A DNA stretch of 64,000 bases from Oligoflexia bacterium (lineage in GTDB: Bacteria; Bdellovibrionota; UBA1018). Location of the stretch: NCBI GenBank assembly GCA_963758495.1, contig CAVWVI010000003.1, forward strand, positions 1,619,875 through 1,683,874, written 5' to 3'. The number at the start of each line of letters is the position of its first letter. Positions within the stretch are counted from its first letter, which is position 1. The translations under genes and the position numbers were made by a program. The notes under the pieces are model-generated. The model worked only from the letters and a program-made list of their open reading frames with translations. It did not search any database and was not told the origin of the DNA. This document shows positions 22,564 to 31,534 of this stretch, one piece after another.

Positions 22564-22653
22564 TGGCGGAGAGAGAGGGATTTGAACCCTCGTTAGGGTT
22601 TCCCCTAAACACGCTTTCGAAGCGTGCGCCTTCAGCCACTCGGCCATCTCTCC
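22564..22653 (-). tRNA. tRNA-Ser(CGA)
   Basis: GGAGAGATGGCCGAGTGG...CACGC-TT-CGA-AA-GCGTG, long variable arm, GTTCAAATC, encoded CCA; 90 nt. Confidence 0.96.
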
Positions 22654-22689
22654 GTTTCAAGGTCCAAAGTAATTTTAGGTAAATAGCAC

Positions 22690-23772
22690 TCAATCGTACT
22701 GCGATCCAGTCCGAAATTCTCTAGATCTTTGGTCGTATATAGCAGCGTAAATCTCCTGAATAATGACTTTGAGTGAAGCCGCTATAGGTACTGAAATCAG
22801 CATGCCCAAAAGCCCATAATACCGTTGCCCTATGATGACCGTGATAATGAGGACCAAAGGGTGCAGGTTAATAAGTTTGGCTACAACTAAGGGAAAAATG
22901 ACAAAAGTATCAATGAGGTTTGCGATAAAGTAGACGAATACCACCCAGAAGATGAGGGTTTGATGCTGTGAATCAAAGGCGGCAAGGAGAATTCCGGGCG
23001 CTGCGCCCATCATCGGACCCAGGTAGGGAATGATATTTGTTGCTCCAGCGATCAATCCCAGGACTAATGTATTTGATGCTCCTACGATGAGCAAGCCGAG
23101 GGTGACTAATAGACCTACGAGTAGAGCTTCGATGAGCTTGGCTCGGATATAGTTAGAAATAGCGGTGGCGATCTCAGAGGTAATCAGAAAAAAAGACTCA
23201 AAAAAACGATTAGGGACAAGATACAAGAATAAGCTTTGAATCCTTCTGCCATCTTTGAGGAAAACAAAACTAATGATCGGGACTAGGAATACCCAACTCA
23301 AAAACTGGCCGGCTAAAGAGGGGCCCGAATCTATAAACCATTTACCTGTGTCATGTCCCAGTTTTAATAATGAATCAGTAGGGTGAATTCCTTTCAAAAA
23401 TGAATAATGACCTTTTAAATACAGTTCTAATATTCTGACCTGATTTAGGAAGATGTGAAAATTTTGAGGAGCTTTTTCTTTAAAAGATTTCCACTCCAAA
23501 ATGCCAGCGTGAATACCCCAATAGGCAAGAAGAATGAGGGAGTTTCCAAGACCGACAACAATCAGTACGATAGCAAATACTCGGGAATAGCCTTTGCGTT
23601 GCAAGGCGGCTACTAGGGGTGACAAAAGAGTGGTGACGATCATGGCAATCAAAGTGGGGTAGAAGAGGACTGGAGTCAGAATAAAAACCGAGGCAGTACC
23701 TGCAAGTGTCGCAAGAAGACAAAATGATTTTAAAATATCCCTTTTTCGCAGCAGTTCAGACGATTTTGACAT
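22690..23772 (-). CDS. AI-2E (PerM/TqsA) family transporter
   Basis: TNIIPYLGP, LHPLVLII, GMLISVPIAA motifs. Confidence 0.9.
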   Translation of the reverse strand: MSKSSELLRKRDILKSFCLLATLAGTASVFILTPVLFYPTLIAMIVTTLLSPLVAALQRKGYSRVFAIVLIVVGLGNSLILLAYWGIHAGILEWKSFKEKAPQNFHIFLNQVRILELYLKGHYSFLKGIHPTDSLLKLGHDTGKWFIDSGPSLAGQFLSWVFLVPIISFVFLKDGRRIQSLFLYLVPNRFFESFFLITSEIATAISNYIRAKLIEALLVGLLVTLGLLIVGASNTLVLGLIAGATNIIPYLGPMMGAAPGILLAAFDSQHQTLIFWVVFVYFIANLIDTFVIFPLVVAKLINLHPLVLIITVIIGQRYYGLLGMLISVPIAASLKVIIQEIYAAIYDQRSREFRTGSQYD

Positions 23773-24304
23773 AGGGAGTGGATTTGCTATCGGTATTCAA
23801 AAGATGAATCATCTTTTCAGTCGTTTCAAGTAACCGACGACCTAAGACGGTGGAAAGTTGAAAAAGAATTTTTACACCCATGCCGGGGTTTCTATCCATA
23901 ATCTCAAGGAGGTCCGGCTTGAAAAAACCAAGTATAATAGATCGTTCTGCTGCTATTGCAGAAGCAGATCGAATATTATCTGGTTCGATTAATGCAATTT
24001 CTCCAAAAAAATTACCTTGATTGAGTACCGTTACAAGAATTTCACCATTGGGGTTGTGTGATTTTATAGCAACTTTTCCTTTTGCGATCACGTACATCCC
24101 TAATCCACGATCGTTTTGTTGAAAAATCGGCTCATCTGCCTGATACACGCGTTCGTAAACTAAGTTGGCCAAATAATTTAGCTCTCGGGGTGTGAGGGTC
24201 TTAAATAGGATATTATGGTTCAAATAATGAGCTACTGGCTTTTTTTGATCAGATTTTCCACTTTGAAATAGGTCTGTCCAAAGGAAGTGTGGATGAGAAG
24301 ACAT
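23756..24304 (-). CDS. Cyclic nucleotide-binding domain protein
   Basis: IFQQND.G.GMYVI..G.V...FFGEIAL....RSASA; start moved to the ATG at 24304 to avoid overlapping the upstream gene. Confidence 0.88.
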   Translation of the reverse strand: MSSHPHFLWTDLFQSGKSDQKKPVAHYLNHNILFKTLTPRELNYLANLVYERVYQADEPIFQQNDRGLGMYVIAKGKVAIKSHNPNGEILVTVLNQGNFFGEIALIEPDNIRSASAIAAERSIILGFFKPDLLEIMDRNPGMGVKILFQLSTVLGRRLLETTEKMIHLLNTDSKSTPYVKIV

Positions 24305-24353
24305 ATGAATAATTCGGCTAATCTGACGGGATACTTGAATAATTAAAGTATTT

Positions 24354-25616
24354 TTAGGCCACCCAGCGGCCACGCAAAAACCGAAAGATAAACCAGCCAT
24401 AGATAGCGATAGATAAGACACAGCTAAAAATGAGTGCCAAATTCTTATGAGGGGTTTGAAATCTTTGATACTCGGTTTCAGATTTTTGTTCGATTTGATT
24501 TTGAAGGCGAGCTACTAAAAGTAGCGCATACACGGGTAATGTATAGCGAATCATGCTGTCCATGTCAGTGTCTGCCTTTGCAGAAAGTGCGACATAAAAC
24601 ATCATCAGGGCTGTAAAGTAGATCCCAATTCGTGAGTAAGATCGATGAGCCGTGTCGGCACGTATCGTTTTCCAAAGAAGCCAAGCAATAAAAGGTACTG
24701 CGGCCCGATTAATAGACGAGAGCGTATGTTCAAAGAAAAATCGTGGAATGTAGGATCGGGGATCTAAGATGGCTAAATAATTTGGATCTTTTCCCCAGCC
24801 AATCTTTTGAAGTTTGAAATACCAACGCCAATCTAAAAATTTTATCTGACAGAAAAGAAAAAATAGGAAAGGGCCAAGTAATGCGATGATTGAAATAGCT
24901 AGGGCTGCGGGGTCGAGCTGATTCAGGTGAAATTGCTTTTTGTCTTTACCTAATTTTGTGCTCCATTGGGTAGCTAAACTTTGGATGACTGGATAAAAGA
25001 CGACGGGGATTCCTACGATTCGAGTGCTTGCCATCGCAAATCCATGTAGAGCCGCAATTCCCCAACTGAGTTTACTTTTATTTTTTAGCCATTGATTGGA
25101 CCAGTAGATAAATCCTACTAAGGAGGCCATGAAAATGGATTCAGAATAGCCAATCACTAAATAAAAGGAAGAGGGATAAATCGCTACCAGAAAGAGAACC
25201 GCCATGATCTTTTGGGTGGACACCTTACTTTTTTTCATCAGTAAAAATAAATAAACCCAAAAGATCACACTGAAGAACTGGGCGGAGAGTAACAGCGCCA
25301 TTTCGGTAGATATACCCAACGCATCTTTGAAAGCCTTAGCCGTGAGATGATATGCTGGGAAATAACCGAGATTAGCTCGGAATTGATGAACATCATCTGG
25401 AACAATGGGTAGATTCAAAGGGGGCATGTGATACCCTTTGTTTACTAGGTCGCTATAGTGCCAGCTGTCCCAATTATTGAGACTTAGAAATCGAGCATGG
25501 AAACTGGCGGTTTGCGGAGAAAAAAGAAGAAGGGTGAAAATCTGGATGAGAGTTATTCCCAGTCCAACCCAAAGACACTGAAGTGCTTGTATTTTTGATT
25601 TGATGATATCAAGCAT
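24354..25616 (-). CDS. GT-C membrane glycosyltransferase (PIG-V/mannosyltransferase-like)
   Basis: WDSWHY, YFPAY, YSESIF, TRIVGI, RY motifs; multi-TM. Confidence 0.75.
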   Translation of the reverse strand: MLDIIKSKIQALQCLWVGLGITLIQIFTLLLFSPQTASFHARFLSLNNWDSWHYSDLVNKGYHMPPLNLPIVPDDVHQFRANLGYFPAYHLTAKAFKDALGISTEMALLLSAQFFSVIFWVYLFLLMKKSKVSTQKIMAVLFLVAIYPSSFYLVIGYSESIFMASLVGFIYWSNQWLKNKSKLSWGIAALHGFAMASTRIVGIPVVFYPVIQSLATQWSTKLGKDKKQFHLNQLDPAALAISIIALLGPFLFFLFCQIKFLDWRWYFKLQKIGWGKDPNYLAILDPRSYIPRFFFEHTLSSINRAAVPFIAWLLWKTIRADTAHRSYSRIGIYFTALMMFYVALSAKADTDMDSMIRYTLPVYALLLVARLQNQIEQKSETEYQRFQTPHKNLALIFSCVLSIAIYGWFIFRFLRGRWVA

Positions 25617-25643
25617 ACATTCAGTTACGGATGCATTTGGATC

Positions 25644-25766
25644 TTAATTTCCCAAAGTAGTGACTATTTGGTAGGTGACATAGAATCCAATCGCAATGCT
25701 TGGAACTCCAATCAGGGCTCCAATGATAGCGCCAATCACTTTTTTCATATACTCAGCATTTGCCAT
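25644..25766 (-). CDS. Small single-TM protein, 40 aa (not in ORF track)
   Basis: MANAEYMKKVIGAIIGALIGVPSIAIGFYVTYQIVTTLGN*; AGAGGA RBS; sits co-oriented between gapN and the GT-C gene. Confidence 0.6.
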   Translation of the reverse strand: MANAEYMKKVIGAIIGALIGVPSIAIGFYVTYQIVTTLGN

Positions 25767-25780
25767 ACTTCTTATCCTCT

Positions 25781-27394
25781 CTAAAGAACAATGTTAGTAG
25801 TTAAAAATCGGGAGTGATCACCATCAAAAATACCACGGATCACCTCTTTCCCGATTTTATCTTGTTTAGTTGCGACCATAGCACGAATGCTAAACGATCT
25901 GAGTGCGTCAGTGACGCTCAGCGTACCTTCGGCAGAACTTTTTCTGCCAGTGAAGGGGAATACATCGGGTCCACGTTGACATTGAGTGTTTAAATTAATA
26001 CGGCTAACCTGATTACTTAGAATATCCACAAGATGTCCCATGGTTTCCGGATTTTTTCCGAAAATACTGGCTTGCATTCCAAAGTTAGAATTCACAATAT
26101 AATTTTCAACTTCACTCATGGAATCATACTCAACAATCGGCACAATCGGGCCGAATTGCTCTTCTTTAGCAACGTTCGAATCTAGAGAGACATTGCTAAG
26201 GACCGTAGGAAAAAATAAGGAACCCAAAGCTTGTCCTCCGCGTCTTGGATTACAAAGTTTTGCTCCTCGTTGAATTGCGTCCGTCATGTATGCAGACATC
26301 TGTTGATGTTTATTTCGGTCAGGCAGTGGCGTTATCATTACATTTTTTTCCCACGGCAAACCGCAATAAAGGCTTTCCACTTTTTCACAAAAAAGGTCAA
26401 TAAAATTCGAGGCAATAGAGCGATGCACAAATAAAATTTTTAGCGCCGTGCAGCGTTGCCCATTAAATGAAAGCGCACCTTTGACGCATTCTGCAACTGA
26501 TAATTCTAAATCAGCGTCAGATAAAATGATGGCTGGATTTTTTGCGTCTAATCCAAGAATACTTCGAAAGCGATGGGGCTGTGGATGGGCTTGTTTAATC
26601 TGATTTGCAACTTGGCTGGACCCAATAAATGCAAGAACATCTATTTTACCTGTTTGAACAGAAGGGGCGATGACTTCTTTTCCTGAACCGTTGACAATAT
26701 TAATGACGCCTTCAGGTAAGCTTTCCTGAAAGGGCTCAAGGAGTACATCCCAAAGCAGTTGTCCAAAACGAGGTAGTTTAACGACCACCACATTTCCTAG
26801 AATGAGAGCTGGGATCAGTGTCGTAAATGTTTCATTCAAAGGATAATTGTATGGGCCCATGCAAAGTGTAACGCCGAGTGGAGTTCGACGGATTTGGGCC
26901 ATAATATGATCAGCAAACTGAATTCGACTACAATCACGGTCCAACTGTTTAGCGGCTTCAATCGTATCATTAATGTAGGTAATGGTTCTATCGAACTCGG
27001 CTTGTGAATCCTGCCATGTTTTGCCGATTTCCCACATTAAGAGATTACAGATAGGCTCACGGCATCGAGCTATTTTATCCCGAAGAGTCACAATAGCACT
27101 GACTCTTTCCTCCATTCGGGCGCTCGGCCACTCTCCTCTTCCTTTTGCCCAAGCGTTGACTGCGGCATCCACTGCCTTCATAAAAAGCTCAGGGCCGACT
27201 TGAGGCGTGCTCCCGATTTCTGGATAAATCAATGAATCATTGGATGCGCTTCGAAAAGAGCATGGACTTGCAATGAGTTTAGTTGCAAAGCCTGAATCTA
27301 TTATTTTTCCATCAATGAGAATCCGGCCTTGGATTTTAGGAATCTGAATAGAAGGAGGGAGTTGTGACTGGAGTGGAAAAATATCAAAATTCAT
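25781..27394 (-). CDS. gapN: Non-phosphorylating NADP-dependent glyceraldehyde-3-phosphate dehydrogenase (ALDH family)
   Basis: GPYNYPLNETF, LGLDAKN, SFNGQRCTALK, EEQFGP, QRGPDVFPFTGRK. Confidence 0.85.
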   Translation of the reverse strand: MNFDIFPLQSQLPPSIQIPKIQGRILIDGKIIDSGFATKLIASPCSFRSASNDSLIYPEIGSTPQVGPELFMKAVDAAVNAWAKGRGEWPSARMEERVSAIVTLRDKIARCREPICNLLMWEIGKTWQDSQAEFDRTITYINDTIEAAKQLDRDCSRIQFADHIMAQIRRTPLGVTLCMGPYNYPLNETFTTLIPALILGNVVVVKLPRFGQLLWDVLLEPFQESLPEGVINIVNGSGKEVIAPSVQTGKIDVLAFIGSSQVANQIKQAHPQPHRFRSILGLDAKNPAIILSDADLELSVAECVKGALSFNGQRCTALKILFVHRSIASNFIDLFCEKVESLYCGLPWEKNVMITPLPDRNKHQQMSAYMTDAIQRGAKLCNPRRGGQALGSLFFPTVLSNVSLDSNVAKEEQFGPIVPIVEYDSMSEVENYIVNSNFGMQASIFGKNPETMGHLVDILSNQVSRINLNTQCQRGPDVFPFTGRKSSAEGTLSVTDALRSFSIRAMVATKQDKIGKEVIRGIFDGDHSRFLTTNIVL

Positions 27395-27444
27395 TTGGAT
27401 AGAACTTAGACCATTGAGTTATCTTATGGTAGGGTATTATTCGA

Positions 27445-28689
27445 TTGGAAAAACTAAATTGGCAATCATTGGGGCTGTCAGCTGCAGCTATTGAGCTAGT
27501 TGAAAAGGCTGGCTTTACTCTTCCTTCACCCGTTCAGTCTATGACAATTCCATTGGCATTGAAAGGGATTGACGTTATTGCATCCGCTCAAACGGGGACA
27601 GGGAAAACTGCGAGCTTTGTATTACCCATGGTAGATCGCTTTGTTGGCCGAGAAGGTACTTTCGGTCTGATTTTGGCTCCAACAAGAGAAATTGCCCAAC
27701 AGATTCAAGCCACATTAGAAATTTTTGGTGTTCCTCGTGGTATCCGCTCCATTGTGCTGATTGGCGGAGTGGATATGAAATCGGATATCCAAGCACTCCA
27801 AAGTTATCCTCAAGTGATCGTGGCCACTCCTGGAAGGCTTTGTGACCATTTAGATCGAGGAACCCTTTGGCTTGATTTTATCGAGATGGTAGTGCTGGAT
27901 GAAGCAGATCGAATGTTAGATATGGGGTTTACTGCACAATTATCTCGAATCATGCAGGAAGTGCCCAATAAAAGGCAAACATTGCTTTTTTCTGCAACGA
28001 TTTCTCCCGAAGTGAATCGATTGGCTCAAAAAATCCTTCATCACCCCAAAATAGTTACGATTGATAAAGCTCTTGGGTCATCTGCTATCATTGATCAAAT
28101 CGTTCTTTGGATGGATGAGGCATCCAAAAGTCGAGAACTCAGAAAACTTTTAAAAGAAGAGATGGGTAGTATTATTGTTTTTACTCGATCCAAAGAAGGA
28201 GCAACTCGGGTTTGGAGATCTCTCCATAGTGCTGGGATCTATGATGCTACTTATATTCACTCCGATCGATTGCAATCTCATCGTGAGCAAGCTTTAGCTG
28301 AGTTTAAAGAGGGCAAGTACCGGATTCTCATTGCAACCGATGTCGCGGGGCGAGGGATTCACGTAGATGATGTGGCGCATGTGGTGAACTATGATTTGCC
28401 TCTTGAGCCAGAAAATTACGTTCACCGAATTGGTCGGACTGGGCGTGCAGGTGCTACAGGTAAGGCCACTACGTTTGCGACTCGCCGGGATCAAGTGGTG
28501 TTGAAAAATATCGAGCGACTTTTGGGAAAGCCAATTCCTTCAAAAATAACAGATTCTTTTGAAAAATCTAATTCTGTAGATCATCGAAAGATGGGACCTC
28601 GCCCTAAGCCATCTCATAAATCTTCTCATCGACCGTCTCAGGGGCCTTCTCCCAGACGAGGTCGACGACCTCCTAAGTCCACGTCTTGA
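27445..28689 (+). CDS. DEAD-box RNA helicase (RhlE-like)
   Basis: AQTGTGKT, PTRE, DEAD, SAT, HRIGRTGRAG; basic C-terminal tail. Confidence 0.95.
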   Translation: MEKLNWQSLGLSAAAIELVEKAGFTLPSPVQSMTIPLALKGIDVIASAQTGTGKTASFVLPMVDRFVGREGTFGLILAPTREIAQQIQATLEIFGVPRGIRSIVLIGGVDMKSDIQALQSYPQVIVATPGRLCDHLDRGTLWLDFIEMVVLDEADRMLDMGFTAQLSRIMQEVPNKRQTLLFSATISPEVNRLAQKILHHPKIVTIDKALGSSAIIDQIVLWMDEASKSRELRKLLKEEMGSIIVFTRSKEGATRVWRSLHSAGIYDATYIHSDRLQSHREQALAEFKEGKYRILIATDVAGRGIHVDDVAHVVNYDLPLEPENYVHRIGRTGRAGATGKATTFATRRDQVVLKNIERLLGKPIPSKITDSFEKSNSVDHRKMGPRPKPSHKSSHRPSQGPSPRRGRRPPKSTS

Positions 28690-28779
28690 TCAAAGATTCT
28701 TACTGTTCTATACAGAGTTTTTGTTGCATCATGATTCAGAGACACTATTTTTAAATCCAAAACAACAAAAGGATATCAT

Positions 28780-30747
28780 ATGGGAATCCAGCTCATTCAA
28801 TCGAACTATGCGGCCGGTGACCTAACTCGTCTTTGTGACGCGGCAATTCAAAGAGCTGATGAGCAATTGAATCAGATTGCTCATATTCCCTTATTAGAGA
28901 GAAATGTCAGAAATACTCTTCTGGCTTTTGAAAAGGTCAATGCGGATTTTAGTGATGCAGTCGCTCCTCTTACTTTCATGGGATATGTGTCCACTCAGCC
29001 AGAGGTGAGTCAAGAGGGTTCAGAATGTGAGCAAAAAGTAAGTCAATACATGGTTTCAATTTTTACTCGAAAGGATCTTTACCTAATCCTTAAAGATCAA
29101 AAGGATTTAAACAGGTTAGAAGCAAAACTTTTACGAGAAACTCTCAATGATTTTGAGGATAATGGATTGAAGCTTTCGGATGAACGCCTGAAGCAAATGA
29201 GAGAACTCAAACAAATTCTTGCTCAAGTAGAATCCAAATTTAGTACTCATCTGAACCATGATCAATCGACTGTGGAATTTAAAGCAACTGAACTTGAAGG
29301 GGTGCCTCAAAGTTTTATAGATGGCCTCAAAAAAACGCACGATAATCAGTATACGGTCACTACGAAAGAGCCTGATTATATTCGGGTGATGGAAAATGCG
29401 AGCTGCTCTGAAACTCGGAGAAGAATGCTTGAGGCTTTTGAGAATAAATCAGCTCGTGAAAATACGCAGCTTTTAGAAGAGGCCATTATCATTCGGCAAA
29501 AGATTGCTGCCGTAATGGGCTATAAAAACTGGGCTGATTATCAGATGCACACGCGGATGGCAAAGGATTCAGACACAGTACTCAAGTTTCTCCATGGCTT
29601 AAAGGAGAAGCTTTCTCTTAGAAGCAAGAGTGATTTAGCCAATCTTTTAAAAATAAAACAGGCAACTGAGCCTACTGCAACGGAAATCAATCCATGGGAT
29701 ATTCGATATTTTTCCAATCAATTAAAAAAAAGAGACTTGAACCTAGATGATGAGCAAATTCGTGAATATTTTCCGGCCGACACGGTTGTTTCAGGTCTTT
29801 TTGAAATTTACTCAAAGCTTTTAAGTGTAAAGTTCATTGAAGAGAAGAATGCCGAGGTTTGGGCTCCAGGCGTTCAACTTTTTCAAATACGGAATAGTCA
29901 AGGTGATGACCTAATTGGCTATTTTTATATGGATTTTATTCCAAGGCCGGGAAAATATGGCCATGCAGCGGCTTTTTCTCTGATTTCCGGCCGTATGCTT
30001 TCGGATGGAACCTATAGCCATCCGATATCTGCGATAGTGGCAAACTTTAGTTCTCCAGAAAAGGGCAAGCCTTCTTTATTGAAGCATGAGGAAGTGACTA
30101 CTCTTTTTCACGAGTTTGGTCATATTATGCATCAAACCTTAACGAAGTCTCCATTCGCAAGCTTGTCTGGATCCAATGTAGATCAGGATTTTGTTGAGGC
30201 GCCGTCGCAAATGTTGGAGAATTGGGCTTTTTCATCTGAAGTTCTTGGGGCTCTGTCTGGACATTATCAAGATCACAGTTGCAAACTTCCTGAGCCTCTT
30301 CTTAAGAAAATTATCGAAGCGAGAGATTTTAATCAGGGGTATTTTTACACGAGGCAACTCCTCTTGGCTCTTTTGGATATGACGTATCATACTCAGAGTG
30401 GTCCGGTAGATACGATTCAAATTTATCAAAAGCTTTATAAAGAATTGCTCGGCATTGATTCTTTAGAAACTGGGCATTTTCCTGCTAGTTTCGGACATCT
30501 TATGGGGGGGTATGACGCAGGTTATTATGGCTACTTGTGGTCAGAGGTTTACGCAGAGGACATGTTTACCCGCTTTCAAAAGGAAGGGTTATTAAATTCA
30601 GACGTAGGACAGCACTACCGGAAGTTCGTTTTAGAACAGGGAAAAATGATGGATGCATTTGATATTCTAAGACAGTTTTTAGGGCGGGAACCCAATACAG
30701 ACGCGTTCTATAAACGATTACATATTGAAGCTAGCGAATGCCGATGA
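28780..30747 (+). CDS. M3A metallopeptidase (thimet oligopeptidase-like)
   Basis: FHEFGHIMH, DFVEAPSQMLENW, FGHLMGGYDAGYYGYLWS. Confidence 0.95.
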   Translation: MGIQLIQSNYAAGDLTRLCDAAIQRADEQLNQIAHIPLLERNVRNTLLAFEKVNADFSDAVAPLTFMGYVSTQPEVSQEGSECEQKVSQYMVSIFTRKDLYLILKDQKDLNRLEAKLLRETLNDFEDNGLKLSDERLKQMRELKQILAQVESKFSTHLNHDQSTVEFKATELEGVPQSFIDGLKKTHDNQYTVTTKEPDYIRVMENASCSETRRRMLEAFENKSARENTQLLEEAIIIRQKIAAVMGYKNWADYQMHTRMAKDSDTVLKFLHGLKEKLSLRSKSDLANLLKIKQATEPTATEINPWDIRYFSNQLKKRDLNLDDEQIREYFPADTVVSGLFEIYSKLLSVKFIEEKNAEVWAPGVQLFQIRNSQGDDLIGYFYMDFIPRPGKYGHAAAFSLISGRMLSDGTYSHPISAIVANFSSPEKGKPSLLKHEEVTTLFHEFGHIMHQTLTKSPFASLSGSNVDQDFVEAPSQMLENWAFSSEVLGALSGHYQDHSCKLPEPLLKKIIEARDFNQGYFYTRQLLLALLDMTYHTQSGPVDTIQIYQKLYKELLGIDSLETGHFPASFGHLMGGYDAGYYGYLWSEVYAEDMFTRFQKEGLLNSDVGQHYRKFVLEQGKMMDAFDILRQFLGREPNTDAFYKRLHIEASECR

Positions 30748-31534
30748 CATAGGCGATCCAGGCAAACGAATTATCTCCATGCTCTTGTTCAGTATATTCA
30801 CCCGTTCCTTTGCCATCATGTTCAGTTTCCCAGTAGACGCAAGCTTTCGAGAACCCTGCTTCTAAGAGGAGATCTTTGATTTCTGGAATAGTCCAGAGTC
30901 GCCAATCATAGAAAAATGCATTTTTAATCATTTCACCATTTGAAAGTTTAAAGTGAATGGCATACTGCGCATCGTGCGTGATAGGATCAAAATATTTTTG
31001 ATCCCAAATATAAGTAAATTTTGACTTTCCTCGATCAATCACAGTTTTCTGTTCTTTTAGGGTGGCAATCATGCCAGGCCCACCTGCCATTTCGAGGAGT
31101 AAAGATCCATTTTGACCGAGAGATTTGAGGCAGCTTTTAAAATATTCTAAAAGAATTTTTCGTTCTTTAAAAATATAAAAAGAAAAATTACAACCAATAA
31201 TTAAGTCCGCTTTACGTGCGGTGGGAGTGAGTACGTTGGCATTTCGAATAGTAAGACGCTTTTGTTGATCTTTGGAAAGCTTGGCAAAATGATTCTTCTT
31301 TCCATATTGAAGAGGTTCTGGATCCAAGTCGATGCCTACGGCTGTGTTATTCAGGTTTTTTTTCACCCAGGCGCATGAGATTTGAAAAGTACCACAAAAA
31401 TCTTCACGTAGATGACGTGCGGGTTTTCCATGAATCTCTTTATAAATAGCAGCAAACGATTCCACATGAGGAATTGGGCTTTGGACTGATTTTTCGTAAA
31501 GTCGATACTTATTAATAGCCATTTTGAATTTCAA
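30731..31534 (-). CDS. Class I SAM-dependent methyltransferase
   Basis: LYEKSVQ.P, LREDFCGT, GIDLD motifs. Confidence 0.8.
   Translation of the reverse strand: MKFKMAINKYRLYEKSVQSPIPHVESFAAIYKEIHGKPARHLREDFCGTFQISCAWVKKNLNNTAVGIDLDPEPLQYGKKNHFAKLSKDQQKRLTIRNANVLTPTARKADLIIGCNFSFYIFKERKILLEYFKSCLKSLGQNGSLLLEMAGGPGMIATLKEQKTVIDRGKSKFTYIWDQKYFDPITHDAQYAIHFKLSNGEMIKNAFFYDWRLWTIPEIKDLLLEAGFSKACVYWETEHDGKGTGEYTEQEHGDNSFAWIAYVIGIR

Larger units (their letters stand above)
17995..22625. mobile_element. tRNA-Ser(CGA)-integrated genomic island remnant (~4.6 kb) carrying a TA pair and a polymorphic toxin locus
   Basis: Flanking 62-bp direct repeat, GGGACACTT repeats inside both ends, integrase C-terminal remnant beside the tRNA. 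Confidence 0.88.

Noticed and set aside
23756..24421. Long start for the cNMP-binding gene (similarly 57990 for SpoIIE and 54140 for tatA)
   Set aside because: Extensions overlap neighbouring genes or lack homology-like character; downstream ATGs were used
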